Shown piece after piece: positions 32,692 to 42,600 of a DNA stretch of 64,000 bases. Within the stretch, counting starts at the first letter, position 1. Each line of letters opens with the position of its first letter. The notes under the pieces were generated by a model, which was given only the letters and a program-made list of their open reading frames with translations, ran no database searches and was not told where the DNA came from. Source of the stretch: an uncultured Candidatus Binatia bacterium. Its GTDB lineage: Bacteria > Desulfobacterota > Binatia > UBA9968 > CAXXLF01. The stretch lies in contig OZ244621.1 in NCBI GenBank assembly GCA_965218425.1, positions 1,216,001 to 1,280,000 on the forward strand. Direction: 5' to 3'. The position numbers and the translations under genes are program-made.

Positions 32692-33109
32692 GCTTGCTTA
32701 TATGGGAGCGCCATCCCTTCGCTCCAGTGGTTTCTCGGCGGGAAGCGGAGTTCACCGTTGCAATGTCTGGCTCGGGGGCCTGTCCTTCAGCGGGAGCCGA
32801 TAGGCCTCTGCCTCGAGGCGTCGTCATTTGATCCGGCATGCCAATATGAATTGAACCTCCAGTATCGGACGTCTCCCTTTCTTCGGGCCAGGCCTCCTGC
32901 GTCCTCAATCGAAAGGCGACGAGGGAAGCGAGGATGAAGGACGTGGGCATCGAGCGTGCAGCTTCAAATATTCACCGGCTTATTGCCCACGGCCTGAAGA
33001 CTCGCTTCCTGAGGAGAGCTGAGCCGGTCTCAACAGGGTCGCTGGGGAGTCCCGTGCAGCGTGGTTCGACCTTGCCCACTACCCCGAGGAAGATCGAGGG
33101 GAAGCAAGC
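32692..33109 (+). ncRNA. Candidate large structured non-coding RNA (~420 nt), family unknown
   Basis: At least nine mutually compatible helices found by hand, the outermost pairing the two ends; G-U wobbles favour the + strand; no credible ORF. Confidence 0.6.
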
Positions 33110-33230
33110 CCCACAAGCCCTACAGCAACAGAGATTCGAACACAGTCAAAGACACATCTCATACCACACTTTTGGCGGTAGAAGCTGACAAAATTGATCT
33201 CCCCATGGGAAAATGCTAAAGGGACACACC

Positions 33231-34841
33231 ATGCCGACTTTTGAAAAATTTTGTGAAACTTATTTCCGAAAATACTTCGCCCTGCATCCCACCGACGCAA
33301 TTCACTACGGGATCCCGGGGTACGATCACTTACTCACTGATTACGATGACCCAGCCTACCTCGAAGAAAAGGCTTTTTCGCAGGAATCCCTCATGGAAAT
33401 CCGCCAGGTAACCGTCAAGGGACTGAGCAAAGACGAAACCATTGATTATGCCTTGCTGGAAGGTCAGCTGACCATCGAGAATTACGAATTCAACAAAGAA
33501 GACTACCGCCTGAGGCAGCCCGATCTCTACCTTCCCGTGTCCCATATCTATATTCTTACGGTTCGCCCCACAAAGGATCGGTTTGGAAGCATCGTCAGCC
33601 GGCTCGAACTCGCCCCGAGGATACTCAAGCAAGGAATAGAAAACCTCAGCCGCCCAGAGGCTAGCCCACCACGGCTATGGACGGAGATGGCCATCGAAGC
33701 CGCGGAAGGTGAAATTGCGTTTCTGGACCGGCTTGCCACCATCCCAGCGGTTCGCGAATGTGTGAAGGACACTAATCGATACAATACGGTCGTTAAAAAA
33801 GCCAAAGATGCCATCCAAGACTATAAAGAGTTTCTCGAACGGGATCTCCTTTCTCGGAGCCTTGGCTCCTATGCTGTTGGGGAAGAGCACTATCACATAC
33901 TTCTAAAGAAGCGGCATTTTCTAAACCATGATGCGCAGAGCCTTCTCGCCCTCGGCGAACATCTCTTTGAAACCACGAAGCGGGAACTGGCGCAGGTTGC
34001 TGAGGAAATCCTCCCTGGAAAATCCATTCCGGAGGCGGCCTTTAATATTCAAGGGAGTCACCCGCCGGCCAGTGATGTCCTGTCGGCTTACCGAGCTGCC
34101 ATGGAGAAGTCCCGTGCCTTCGTCCGGGAAAAAGAACTGGTTTCTTTCCCTGCCAGTGAAAAACTCCGGGTGGTTCCCACACCGGAATTCGAGCGCCACG
34201 AGATACCTTTTGCTGCTTATTTTCCACCTTCCCCAAAGGACCCCGAGCAGGTGGGTCATTACTATGTGACGCCGGTTACAGATGATGACCAGCTGAGGGA
34301 ACACAACTGGGTGGGACTGCGAAATACCTCCGTCCACGAGAGTTACCCTGGCCATCACCTCCAATTTACCGTGGCGAACTCCATTGGAGAGAGTTCAACC
34401 CTGCCGCGGCTGATGAACGAGTCCTCGGTCTTTTATGAAGGATGGGCCCTCTACTGCGAGCAACTCATGCAGGAAGAAGGTTTTCTCGAGACGAAGGAGC
34501 ATCGCTTCGTAATGCTCAAAGACCGAATCTGGCGCGCCCTCAGGATTATCATCGATGTAAAGACCCATATGGGAATGCTATCCTACAATGAGGCCACAGA
34601 CCTGATGGTGCGCGAGCTTCACTTTCCCCGCAGCCAGGCACAGGGGGACCTCAATTGGTACAGTCAATCTCCCGCCACCCCCATGGGTTATGCCCTCGGG
34701 TGGTCCATAATCAACCGAATTCGCGAGGAACAGAAACAGAAATTGGGCGCACGCTTTAGCCTTCGTAATTTCCACGACCGCCTATTAAGTGCCGGTAGCA
34801 TCGCGCTACCCCTGGTGGAAAAAAGGCGCTTTTCCGAATGA
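33231..34841 (+). CDS. DUF885 family protein (putative metallopeptidase, no signal peptide)
   Basis: HESYPGHHLQ, EGWALYCE, RALRIIID, YALG, FHDRLL. Confidence 0.88.
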   Translation: MPTFEKFCETYFRKYFALHPTDAIHYGIPGYDHLLTDYDDPAYLEEKAFSQESLMEIRQVTVKGLSKDETIDYALLEGQLTIENYEFNKEDYRLRQPDLYLPVSHIYILTVRPTKDRFGSIVSRLELAPRILKQGIENLSRPEASPPRLWTEMAIEAAEGEIAFLDRLATIPAVRECVKDTNRYNTVVKKAKDAIQDYKEFLERDLLSRSLGSYAVGEEHYHILLKKRHFLNHDAQSLLALGEHLFETTKRELAQVAEEILPGKSIPEAAFNIQGSHPPASDVLSAYRAAMEKSRAFVREKELVSFPASEKLRVVPTPEFERHEIPFAAYFPPSPKDPEQVGHYYVTPVTDDDQLREHNWVGLRNTSVHESYPGHHLQFTVANSIGESSTLPRLMNESSVFYEGWALYCEQLMQEEGFLETKEHRFVMLKDRIWRALRIIIDVKTHMGMLSYNEATDLMVRELHFPRSQAQGDLNWYSQSPATPMGYALGWSIINRIREEQKQKLGARFSLRNFHDRLLSAGSIALPLVEKRRFSE

Positions 34842-35725
34842 CGCTAAAGAGCAAAACCTCGAAGAAAAAACCTCGTGGCCCCCTCCTCGGAGCCCATATG
34901 TCCATCGCCGGCGGAGTAGAAAATGCCCTGCTGGCGGGAGCAAGGGCCCAGTGCGATGCCATTCAGATGTTTACCAAATCATCGCGCCAGTGGGCGGCAG
35001 AACCCTACAGCACGGAGGCGATTCAAATATTTCAGCGAAGTCAACAAGAAACCGGCATTGTCAAAGTCATTGCCCATGATTCCTATCTTCTCAATCTGGG
35101 GTCACCTGATGAAGGGCTGAGAAAGAAATCCATTCGTGCCTTTATCGATGAGATGGAGCGCTGCGAGAGCTTGGCAATCTCCAACCTGATTGCGCATCCT
35201 GGGGCTCACATGGGGACGGGAGAAAAGGCCGGAATCAAAAGAATCACGCGCTCACTGGACCAGGTCCACAAGACGTGTTCCGGCTATCAGGTCAAAGTGA
35301 CCCTGGAGATTACCGCCGGGCAGGGAACCACTTTGGGATACCGATTCGACCAAATTCACAGTATCATCGATGGCGTCAAACAAAGCGACCGTATGAGGGT
35401 CTGTTTCGACACGGAGCATGCTTTTGCCGCAGGGTACGATATCAGGACGAAGGCAAGCTACGAGAGGACCTTCACTGAGTTTGATGAAAGTATTGGGCTC
35501 GATCTCTTGGCCGCTTTTCATCTGAACGACTCGAAGAAAGAGTTTCACTCGCGAGTGGACCGACACGAACATATTGGCAAGGGGCATATCGGAGTGGAGG
35601 CCTTCCGGCTGTTGATGAACGACCAACGCTTTTGGGGTCTCCCCATGTGCTTGGAAACCCCCAAGGGGCTCGATCTCAAGGAGGACAAGGAAAACCTAGG
35701 GTTGCTGAGGAGCCTGATTCAGTAA
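34838..35725 (+). CDS. nfo: Endonuclease IV
   Basis: GAHMSIAGG, HDSYLLNL, CFDTEHAFAAGY, HLNDSK, DRHEHIG, LETP. Confidence 0.95.
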   Translation: MTLKSKTSKKKPRGPLLGAHMSIAGGVENALLAGARAQCDAIQMFTKSSRQWAAEPYSTEAIQIFQRSQQETGIVKVIAHDSYLLNLGSPDEGLRKKSIRAFIDEMERCESLAISNLIAHPGAHMGTGEKAGIKRITRSLDQVHKTCSGYQVKVTLEITAGQGTTLGYRFDQIHSIIDGVKQSDRMRVCFDTEHAFAAGYDIRTKASYERTFTEFDESIGLDLLAAFHLNDSKKEFHSRVDRHEHIGKGHIGVEAFRLLMNDQRFWGLPMCLETPKGLDLKEDKENLGLLRSLIQ

Positions 35726-35729
35726 GGAG

Positions 35730-36413
35730 CTATGGCAGATTTTGCCAGAGGGTGAAGGTCTCTTTTCCCTTGTCAGAGGCGGCGGAGGTAAACCAGGACT
35801 CTTGCGCCTTGGCCCCTTTGGGAAGGCCAAAAAAGTAGATCCTGAGCATTTGCTCAATTAGCTCTGGAAGAGGCGCGTCCCTTTTTGGGTTGTACCAGGT
35901 ATAGATCCAGTTCATCATTCCAAAGAGGGAAAAGGCGGCCACCCTCGGGTCCAACCCCTTGCCACCTTCCCGTTTTTGCAGTTCCTCAATCAGGTCCGTG
36001 AGGATCTTGACGTAACGCCGCTTCAGTAGCCGGACCTTGTCTTGGAATTCACCTGTTAGGGATTCATCCTCGTGCGACATCACCTTCATCTCGCACATGT
36101 TGTGGAGGAAAAAGCCAAGATGGTTCTCCACAAATTTGCGCACCTTCACCCTTGCGTCCTCCCGCGAATTGACCGTCTTGTCCCATCTCTGAAGGAGGGT
36201 CAAAAAGCACTGCTCCTGAATCAGAAAAAGGAGCTCCTCTTTGGTGCGAAAATAATAGTAGAGACCCGCAAGGCTCATCTTCGTTGCACGGGCAATATCG
36301 CGGATGGACGTCCGGTGAAATCCCTTCTCCGCAAAAATGGTCGCAGAGGCCTTAAGGATTTGCTGGAGACGTCCGTCGTAGTGGCGAGTTGAGGGCTCTA
36401 AACGAGTGGCCAT
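35730..36413 (-). CDS. TetR/AcrR regulator (KstR2/PaaR-like)
   Basis: FAEKGFHRTSIRDIA...LYYYFRTKEELL; FGMMNWIYTWY. Confidence 0.9.
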   Translation of the reverse strand: MATRLEPSTRHYDGRLQQILKASATIFAEKGFHRTSIRDIARATKMSLAGLYYYFRTKEELLFLIQEQCFLTLLQRWDKTVNSREDARVKVRKFVENHLGFFLHNMCEMKVMSHEDESLTGEFQDKVRLLKRRYVKILTDLIEELQKREGGKGLDPRVAAFSLFGMMNWIYTWYNPKRDAPLPELIEQMLRIYFFGLPKGAKAQESWFTSAASDKGKETFTLWQNLP

Positions 36414-36474
36414 GAAGCGACTTTCATGTTTACAGATCAACCCTAAGGTGTCAACCCGTTGGCGTAAGGACCTC

Positions 36475-36630
36475 CAGTGTTGAGTGCCAAGTGTGATGTC
36501 TCAAGAGAAAAGGCATCTTTAACAGTGAATGCTGAATCCTTCTCTAGTTTCAACACTAAACACCGTCCCCTCGTCACACTATTCGCGCTGAATCCCGCTC
36601 ACGCTTTGCGCTATGCTCTTTGCGCTTTGC
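36475..36630. repeat. Degenerate 7-bp tandem repeat arrays
   Basis: cagtgtt gagtgcc aagtgtg; caacact aaacacc; cgctttg cgctatg ctctttg cgctttg. Confidence 0.6.
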
Positions 36631-36654
36631 CTCCACAAGGAGCAGGGCTCAAAC

Positions 36655-37581
36655 TTAAAACTGCGGGAGCACCTCCCTAGCGAAACGTTCCATTTGTTCC
36701 AGCCTATCGGGCCAGCGGGGTGTCATAAACTGAAGTGACAGATGCTCCACCTCAACTCTTTCATAACCTCTCAGCGCATCAATGAGCTGCTCGGGATGAC
36801 CCATCAAACGACCCTCTTTTTGAGGAACCGATGTCCGGGTAACTTCCACGGGTAGACAGCACGTGAGGCGGATGGAATCGGCATCTCTCCCCCCTGCCCG
36901 GGCCAGACGGCGAACGTTGTCGAATCGAGCGGCCAACTCCCTGGGTGTAATGGTTACGAAATAAGGAAACCAGGCATCCCCATAGGAGGCAGCCCGCCGC
37001 TGGGCATGCGCCCCTTCTCCCCCAACCCAAATGGGTAGACTAGGTTGCTGATAAGGTTTTGGATAAGAGGCCACTTCGTTAAATGCATAGTAACGTCCTT
37101 TGAAGCGGGGTCGATCCGTATCCCAAAGCGTTTTGAGGATATCAAGCTGCTCGTCGGAGACAGCTCCCCGTTCTTTGAATGGCACACCCAATGCCGCAAA
37201 CTCTTCCATCATCCAACCAACGCCTACCCCGAGGATAAATCGCCCCTTCGAGAGGTGATCGATGGTTGCCACCACCTTGCTCCAGTAGAGGGGATGCCGA
37301 TAGGGGAGAACGAGAACGCTGATGCCGAGGGAAATCTTCTCTGTACAGCCGGCAAGAAATGCCAGGCAGGTGAGAGGCTCCAGAAACGGCCTATCGGCGG
37401 GAACGATAAATTTATTGTCCGCGCTGTAGGGATAAGTGGTTTTTATTTCCCATGGAATGATAATGCGATCTGCCGCCCAAACGGCATCGTACCCCCATGC
37501 CTCCGCCTTGGAGGCGGCCTCCATCAAGGTGCTGGGACCGGCCGCCCGACCTGAAATCGGTAAAAATACTCCAAACTTCGT
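36655..37581 (-). CDS. LLM-class (luciferase-like, possibly F420-dependent) oxidoreductase; apparent ACG start
   Basis: KFGVFLP family N-terminus lies upstream of the track ORF; VATIDHLSKGRFILGVGVGW; PIWVGG. Confidence 0.85.
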   Translation of the reverse strand, partial: TKFGVFLPISGRAAGPSTLMEAASKAEAWGYDAVWAADRIIIPWEIKTTYPYSADNKFIVPADRPFLEPLTCLAFLAGCTEKISLGISVLVLPYRHPLYWSKVVATIDHLSKGRFILGVGVGWMMEEFAALGVPFKERGAVSDEQLDILKTLWDTDRPRFKGRYYAFNEVASYPKPYQQPSLPIWVGGEGAHAQRRAASYGDAWFPYFVTITPRELAARFDNVRRLARAGGRDADSIRLTCCLPVEVTRTSVPQKEGRLMGHPEQLIDALRGYERVEVEHLSLQFMTPRWPDRLEQMERFAREVLPQF

Positions 37582-37699
37582 AGCTTTACCCTCCTAGAAA
37601 AGCTTCACTAATCCCTCTCATCTACCTGACTGGCCTGCTGTGTCAAGCTCGTACGGAATCGAGCAAGGAGTAACGATTGCTGAGGATTGAGCGAGGAGC

Positions 37700-37872
37700 G
37701 TAAAGAGACAACGGACTGCGGACTCCCGGTCGTTAATCTCTGGATTCGGGTCAAAGGTGAGCAGTCGGTAGTCAGTGGTCTCCAATCCGCAAGGACGCTA
37801 AGCACTCGACACTGAACACTCACTTAAGCGTCGAAAGACTCCTGACAAGCAGGCCTCAAGCCTTCAGCCTAG
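37700..37872. repeat. Degenerate 7-bp tandem repeat arrays
   Basis: cagtcgg tagtcag tggtctc; agcactc gacactg aacactc; aggcctc aagcctt cagccta. Confidence 0.55.
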
Positions 37873-37990
37873 TTGGAAGGAGATGTTTACAGCCCTGCGA
37901 GTTTAAGCTGCCAGCTCTAGATTAGAACCACAATCCTTGCTAAAAGCATAGGACAACAATTTCCGTAAGCTGCTAAAGGAGGACTGAGCG

Positions 37991-38581
37991 ATGGCCATTC
38001 GATTATACCAATTCCCAACATCTATGTTTTGTGAAAAGGCAAGGATTGTTCTGAAACACAAAAACATCCCCTATGAGATCGTCAATGCAAGGGATGACGA
38101 GCGCAAGGGTCTCATAGCATTTTCAGGTCAGAAGAAAGTTCCCGTGATGGACTACAATGGTCAATGCGTCATTGATTCCACTGTAATTTGCTCCTTCCTG
38201 GAGGAAAAACACCCCGAGCAAAGCATTTATCCGGATAACCCTGCAGACAAAGGTCTCTGCCTCATGTTGGAAGACTGGTCGGACGAGGTATTGTTCCATG
38301 GCGTGCATATGATGCGATCAAAAGAGCTCCCGGAAGTGCAAAAGGAAGGCGAGCGGAGACTGCATGTATACCTCAAAAGCCTGGAACTTCTTTTCGGTGG
38401 AAAGAAGGAATTTATTTTCGGCCGAATGACTCTTGCGGACATTTCGATTTTCACCCAACTTCACTACCTCTATACGTCTGTGAAGTCGGAGGTGCCGTCC
38501 AATTACAAAAATGTCCATGCCTGGATGGATCTGATGCGGCGGACTTTCAACCTATCCACCATTGACGACATTGCGGCATGA
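37991..38581 (+). CDS. Glutathione S-transferase family protein
   Basis: SMFCEKAR, SGQKKVPV, IDSTVI, TLADISIF. Confidence 0.85.
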   Translation: MAIRLYQFPTSMFCEKARIVLKHKNIPYEIVNARDDERKGLIAFSGQKKVPVMDYNGQCVIDSTVICSFLEEKHPEQSIYPDNPADKGLCLMLEDWSDEVLFHGVHMMRSKELPEVQKEGERRLHVYLKSLELLFGGKKEFIFGRMTLADISIFTQLHYLYTSVKSEVPSNYKNVHAWMDLMRRTFNLSTIDDIAA

Positions 38582-38633
38582 AGCAGCGCCTTCGCTTGAT
38601 GTGCCACGTGGGCCAAACAAAGCCCTACGTTCC

Positions 38634-39836
38634 ATGACCGGGAACAAACCGGAGACCATCTGGACCCGGACGTTCGTTTTTTTGTGCCTGGCGGAGTTCC
38701 TAGGTTACGCCCATAACGCGCTCCTCACCCCCACCATCCCTCTGTATGTGACCCACCTGGGCGGATCCCCATTTGTTGTGGGCGTTATGCTCGCTGCCTT
38801 TAGTGTAACGAGCGTCTTCCTTCGACCCTTCATTGGATACTGGGCGGACCACTGGAGTTACATCGGCGTTCTGGCCCTGGGCACATTCGTTATGGGCCTT
38901 AGCGTGCTCCTCTACCTCATCCCTCTCGTGGAGATGCTCATTGTCGCCAATGCGCTGCGCGGAATCGGTTGGGCTGGACTCAATACAGGGGGCTATTCCC
39001 TGCTCGCAAACAACGCGCCCAGTACCCGTCGCGGGGAAGCATCGGGATTTTACGGCGGCTTCCAAAGCTTGCCTCATGTCATATTCCCCGCCGTGGCCCT
39101 ATGGATCATCAACCTACCCTCGGGCGGATTCAATCCCGTCATTTTCAGCTCAGCCGCTTTGGCATTTTTCGGCGCCGGATTCACACTGCTTCTCAAACAC
39201 CCTGCGGTGCAGGCCAGCGCCAACACCCATCCTACCCTAGGAGTGAGACAAGGACCACTAAGGCTTTCCACCTTCGTGGATCGAAATGTCTTGCTCGCCT
39301 CGTCCTTGCTCCTTTGTCTACACCTTCCATTTCCTACGACCACCGGCTTTCTCGTGCTTTATACACATGAGATCGGGATCGCGGGAGTGGGCTGGTATTT
39401 CATTGCCACAGGCTCCACCCAAGTCCTGAGTCGACCTGTTCTGGGCCTGGTTTCGGATCGTTTCGGCCGTGCCCGGGCCGTGGCAGCGGCCTTCGCGTTG
39501 GAAATGATCGGTCTGACGCTCATCCTAGTTGCGCCTAGCCTAGCCATTATCATTTCGGGTGGTGTGTTCTATGCGGCGGGGACGGCCATGGGAACGGCCT
39601 CCACCATGGCAATGGCCATGGACCGAGCACAGCCCGAGCGACGTGGTGTGACTATGGCAACCTTTTCCACGGCTCTACCGGCGAGTTTCGGATTGGGGGC
39701 TCTCGTGGCCGGCACCATTGTAGCGATATCCAATTACGCCTGGATGTTTGTGGCTGCCATTGCCATGGTGGCCACTGGATTTCTGATTGCCCTGATCAAT
39801 TGGTCCACTCTGGACAAGGCCACCCCGGCTCGCTGA
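38634..39836 (+). CDS. MFS transporter
   Basis: About 12 hydrophobic segments; GLVSDRFGR motif A; PERRG. Confidence 0.9.
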   Translation: MTGNKPETIWTRTFVFLCLAEFLGYAHNALLTPTIPLYVTHLGGSPFVVGVMLAAFSVTSVFLRPFIGYWADHWSYIGVLALGTFVMGLSVLLYLIPLVEMLIVANALRGIGWAGLNTGGYSLLANNAPSTRRGEASGFYGGFQSLPHVIFPAVALWIINLPSGGFNPVIFSSAALAFFGAGFTLLLKHPAVQASANTHPTLGVRQGPLRLSTFVDRNVLLASSLLLCLHLPFPTTTGFLVLYTHEIGIAGVGWYFIATGSTQVLSRPVLGLVSDRFGRARAVAAAFALEMIGLTLILVAPSLAIIISGGVFYAAGTAMGTASTMAMAMDRAQPERRGVTMATFSTALPASFGLGALVAGTIVAISNYAWMFVAAIAMVATGFLIALINWSTLDKATPAR

Positions 39837-39844
39837 CGCCGCGC

Positions 39845-40092
39845 CAAGTACGCTGAGTCCGAAAAGTGTTGAGTAGCGGGTGCCGAGGGCTGAACCTAAA
39901 CTGCCAAGCGCAAAAGGCATGGCGCAAAAGCTTAATAAGATTACGGATTACTCACGACGGGACTATTTAGATAAAAAGCAGTTGGCACATGGCGGCGGGC
40001 AGGAACGAGTGCGGAACTGATAGTATAAAAGTAACTGCTCGGCGCTGAACGCTTTGTTGCTAGCCGCTTTCGTCTTTTATTCGTGCTCAGAG
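39845..40092. repeat. Degenerate 7-bp tandem repeat arrays
   Basis: aagtgtt gagtagc gggtgcc gagggct; aagcgca aaaggca tggcgca. Confidence 0.5.
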
Positions 40093-40118
40093 CGTCCGGG
40101 GAGCGCCAAAAATCAACC

Positions 40119-40147
40119 TTGAAACGGCTGGTTCCATGGTGTATAGC
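40119..40147 (+). promoter_or_regulatory. Putative sigma70 promoter of the paa-like operon (very short leader)
   Basis: TTGAAA-17 bp-TATAGC ending 11 nt before ATG 40159, which has no SD. Confidence 0.45.
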
Positions 40148-40158
40148 TTTGATTTACA

Positions 40159-40932
40159 ATGGGTTTTCAGAACATACTCATTTCGAGAGAAGAACCTGTT
40201 GGGATCGCAACACTGAACCGACCTCAGCAACTCAACGCGCTGTCCTACGACCTCATTAGAGAACTCTCCCTTGCCATGGAGGCCTTTGATCTCGAGCCGG
40301 AGATCAAAGTGATCGTCCTGACCGGTGGTGAAAAGGTCTTTGCGGCCGGAGCGGATATAAAAGAAATGGTGGATGCCACCCCATTTGATGAGCAAGTCCG
40401 GGGTCGAATGTCCTACCGGGACAAGATCAACCGGATCTCTAAACCCGTGATTGCAGCCGTTAGCGGATACGCCTTGGGTGGTGGATGTGAATTGGCCATG
40501 AGCTGTGACCTTATTATCGCATCTGAAACCGCTCGCTTTGGCCAACCAGAGATCAATATTGGAACGATTCCGGGAAGTGGCGGCACGCAGCGTCTGACTA
40601 GGACGGTGGGAAAATATCGCGCCATGGAATTGGTCCTCACCGGAGAGTTTCTGAGCGCCACCGACGCTGAACGGTTCGGCCTAGTGAATAGAGTTGTGCC
40701 CGTGGAACTATTGTTGGAAGAGGCCAAATCCATAGCGAAGAAGATCGCTGCTAAGTCCACCGTGAGCATCAGGCTGGCTAAAGAGGCCATTCTCAAATCC
40801 TTCAACGCTCCCCTGGATGAGGGATTAGAATTCGAAAGAAAGTGCTTTTATTTGCTCTTTGCCTCCCAGGACAGGAAAGAAGGAATGAGGGCCTTCATCG
40901 AAAAACGCAAGCCTGAGTTCAAGGGCAAGTAA
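40159..40932 (+). CDS. paaF: Enoyl-CoA hydratase (2,3-dehydroadipyl-CoA hydratase-like)
   Basis: FAAGADIKEM, ALGGGCELA, FGQPEINIG; operon context. Confidence 0.75.
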   Translation: MGFQNILISREEPVGIATLNRPQQLNALSYDLIRELSLAMEAFDLEPEIKVIVLTGGEKVFAAGADIKEMVDATPFDEQVRGRMSYRDKINRISKPVIAAVSGYALGGGCELAMSCDLIIASETARFGQPEINIGTIPGSGGTQRLTRTVGKYRAMELVLTGEFLSATDAERFGLVNRVVPVELLLEEAKSIAKKIAAKSTVSIRLAKEAILKSFNAPLDEGLEFERKCFYLLFASQDRKEGMRAFIEKRKPEFKGK

Positions 40933-40943
40933 GGAGAACAACC

Positions 40944-41723
40944 TTGAGTTACGAAACCATTCTTTACGAAAAAGGGAACGGGGTCGCCACCATCACTCTA
41001 AACCGTCCCCAGGCGCTGAACGCCTTCACGCCCCAAATGAACAGCGATCTGTTCGACGCCCTGAGGGATGCCGAACGAGACGAGAAGACAAGATGCGTAA
41101 TGATCACGGGAGCCGGACGGGCCTTTTGTGCGGGTCAGGACCTCAAGGGTCGCTCGCGCGAACAGCGAGGATCCCTCGGACAGTCCCTGCGTGAAAGGTA
41201 CAATCCCATTATTTTACGAATCCGAGGCATGGAAAAGATTGTTGTGGCTTCGGTGAACGGGGTGGCAGCTGGCGCAGGATGTAACCTGGCCCTCGCCTGC
41301 GATCTACGTATCGCTTCGGATGAGGCCCGATTTATCCAGGCCTTTGTCCGTGTGGGGCTCGCTCCCGACTGTGGCGGTAGTTATTTCCTGCCGCGCCTCA
41401 TCGGGTTGAGCAAGGCCATGGAATTGTTGCTGCTCGGAGAACCCGTGGAGGCGAATGAAGCCCTCAGAATTGGCCTCGTAAGCAAGGTGGTTCCGGCCAA
41501 GTCACTCGTACAATCGGCTCGCGAAATGGCAGAAAAAATCGCTCGGGGACCGCGCAGTACGGGTCTCATCAAGCGGGCGGTGAACCGTAATCTGAAAGTG
41601 GAATTGGAAAACCAATTGGAATACGAAGCGCAACTCCAAGAGATTGCCGGCAGGACCACCGATTTCGACGAAGGGGTTCGGGCATTTCTCGAAAAAAGAA
41701 CTCCCGTCTTTGTGGGAAAATAA
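40944..41723 (+). CDS. paaG: Crotonase-family isomerase (PaaG-like)
   Basis: FCAGQDL, AAGAGCNLALACD, FIQAFVRVGLAPD (Asp type). Confidence 0.75.
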   Translation: MSYETILYEKGNGVATITLNRPQALNAFTPQMNSDLFDALRDAERDEKTRCVMITGAGRAFCAGQDLKGRSREQRGSLGQSLRERYNPIILRIRGMEKIVVASVNGVAAGAGCNLALACDLRIASDEARFIQAFVRVGLAPDCGGSYFLPRLIGLSKAMELLLLGEPVEANEALRIGLVSKVVPAKSLVQSAREMAEKIARGPRSTGLIKRAVNRNLKVELENQLEYEAQLQEIAGRTTDFDEGVRAFLEKRTPVFVGK

Positions 41724-41736
41724 GAATCGCACGTTA

Positions 41737-42600
41737 ATGGTAGAACCATCCAAGATCGGCGTAATAGGTGCCGGTACCATGGGAGCAGGCATTGCGCAGG
41801 TGTCGGCCCAGGCCGGGTTCGACACGGTCATCTACGATGTTTCCCAGGAATTTGTCGACAAAGGGCTGGGAAGGATACGTGGCTTTATTCAAAGGAGTCG
41901 AGAGAGAGGCAAGCTAACGCCTGAACAGGAAAAGCAGATTCTCGCTCGCCTTAAGGGTTCCCTCAAGCTGGAAGACCTGGGTGGCGGCTGCCTGATCATT
42001 GAAGCGGCTCCGGAGAAAATCGAGTTAAAGCGAGATATATTTCAAAAACTTGATTCCCTCTGTGCTCCGCAGACCTTGCTCGCAACCAACACGTCGTCTC
42101 TCTCGGTGACCGCCATAGCCGCATCCATAAAGCACCCGGAACGGGCCATTGGCATGCATTTTTTTAACCCTCCGCCACTCATGGCCCTGGTTGAGGTGAT
42201 CCAGGGAGCACAGACTCTCCCCGAGAACCTCCAAAAGGCCGTAGAACTGGTACGAAAGATGGGTAAGACGCCTGTTTCGGCCAAAGACACACCAGGATTC
42301 GTCGTGAATCGAATCGCGAGACCCTTTTATAATGAGGCACTGCGTATCCTCGGAGATGGAGACGCCACGGTTGAAACCATCGACCGAATCATGAAAGAGG
42401 CGGGCAAGTTCCGCATGGGCCCCTTTGAGCTTATGGATCTCATTGGCAACGATGTGAACTTCGCGGCAACCAGCTCACTCTACGAGGCCTTTTTCCATGA
42501 CCCCCGTTTCCGTCCCAGCCCCATTCAGCACAGGATGTTTCAGGCAGGCCACTTGGGAAGGAAAACGGGCAAGGGCTTTTACACCTATGAGTCAAAGTAA
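41737..42600 (+). CDS. paaH: 3-hydroxyacyl-CoA dehydrogenase (PaaH N-half-like)
   Basis: GAGTMGAG, ATNTSSLS, GMHFFNP, PGFVVNR, GRKTGKGFY. Confidence 0.75.
   Translation: MVEPSKIGVIGAGTMGAGIAQVSAQAGFDTVIYDVSQEFVDKGLGRIRGFIQRSRERGKLTPEQEKQILARLKGSLKLEDLGGGCLIIEAAPEKIELKRDIFQKLDSLCAPQTLLATNTSSLSVTAIAASIKHPERAIGMHFFNPPPLMALVEVIQGAQTLPENLQKAVELVRKMGKTPVSAKDTPGFVVNRIARPFYNEALRILGDGDATVETIDRIMKEAGKFRMGPFELMDLIGNDVNFAATSSLYEAFFHDPRFRPSPIQHRMFQAGHLGRKTGKGFYTYESK

Noticed and set aside
32692..33109. Identification as RNase P RNA, tmRNA, cobalamin riboswitch, HEARO/omegaRNA or retron ncRNA
   Set aside because: No GAGGAAAGUCC and no tRNA-like CCA end; only fragmentary B12-like or HEARO-like words; no IscB or reverse transcriptase nearby. 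A covariance-model search is still needed.
32678..33300. Short ORFs 32678-32950(-), 32934-33188(+) and 33079-33300(-) as proteins
   Set aside because: No recognisable motifs; they overlap the base-paired element or DUF885.
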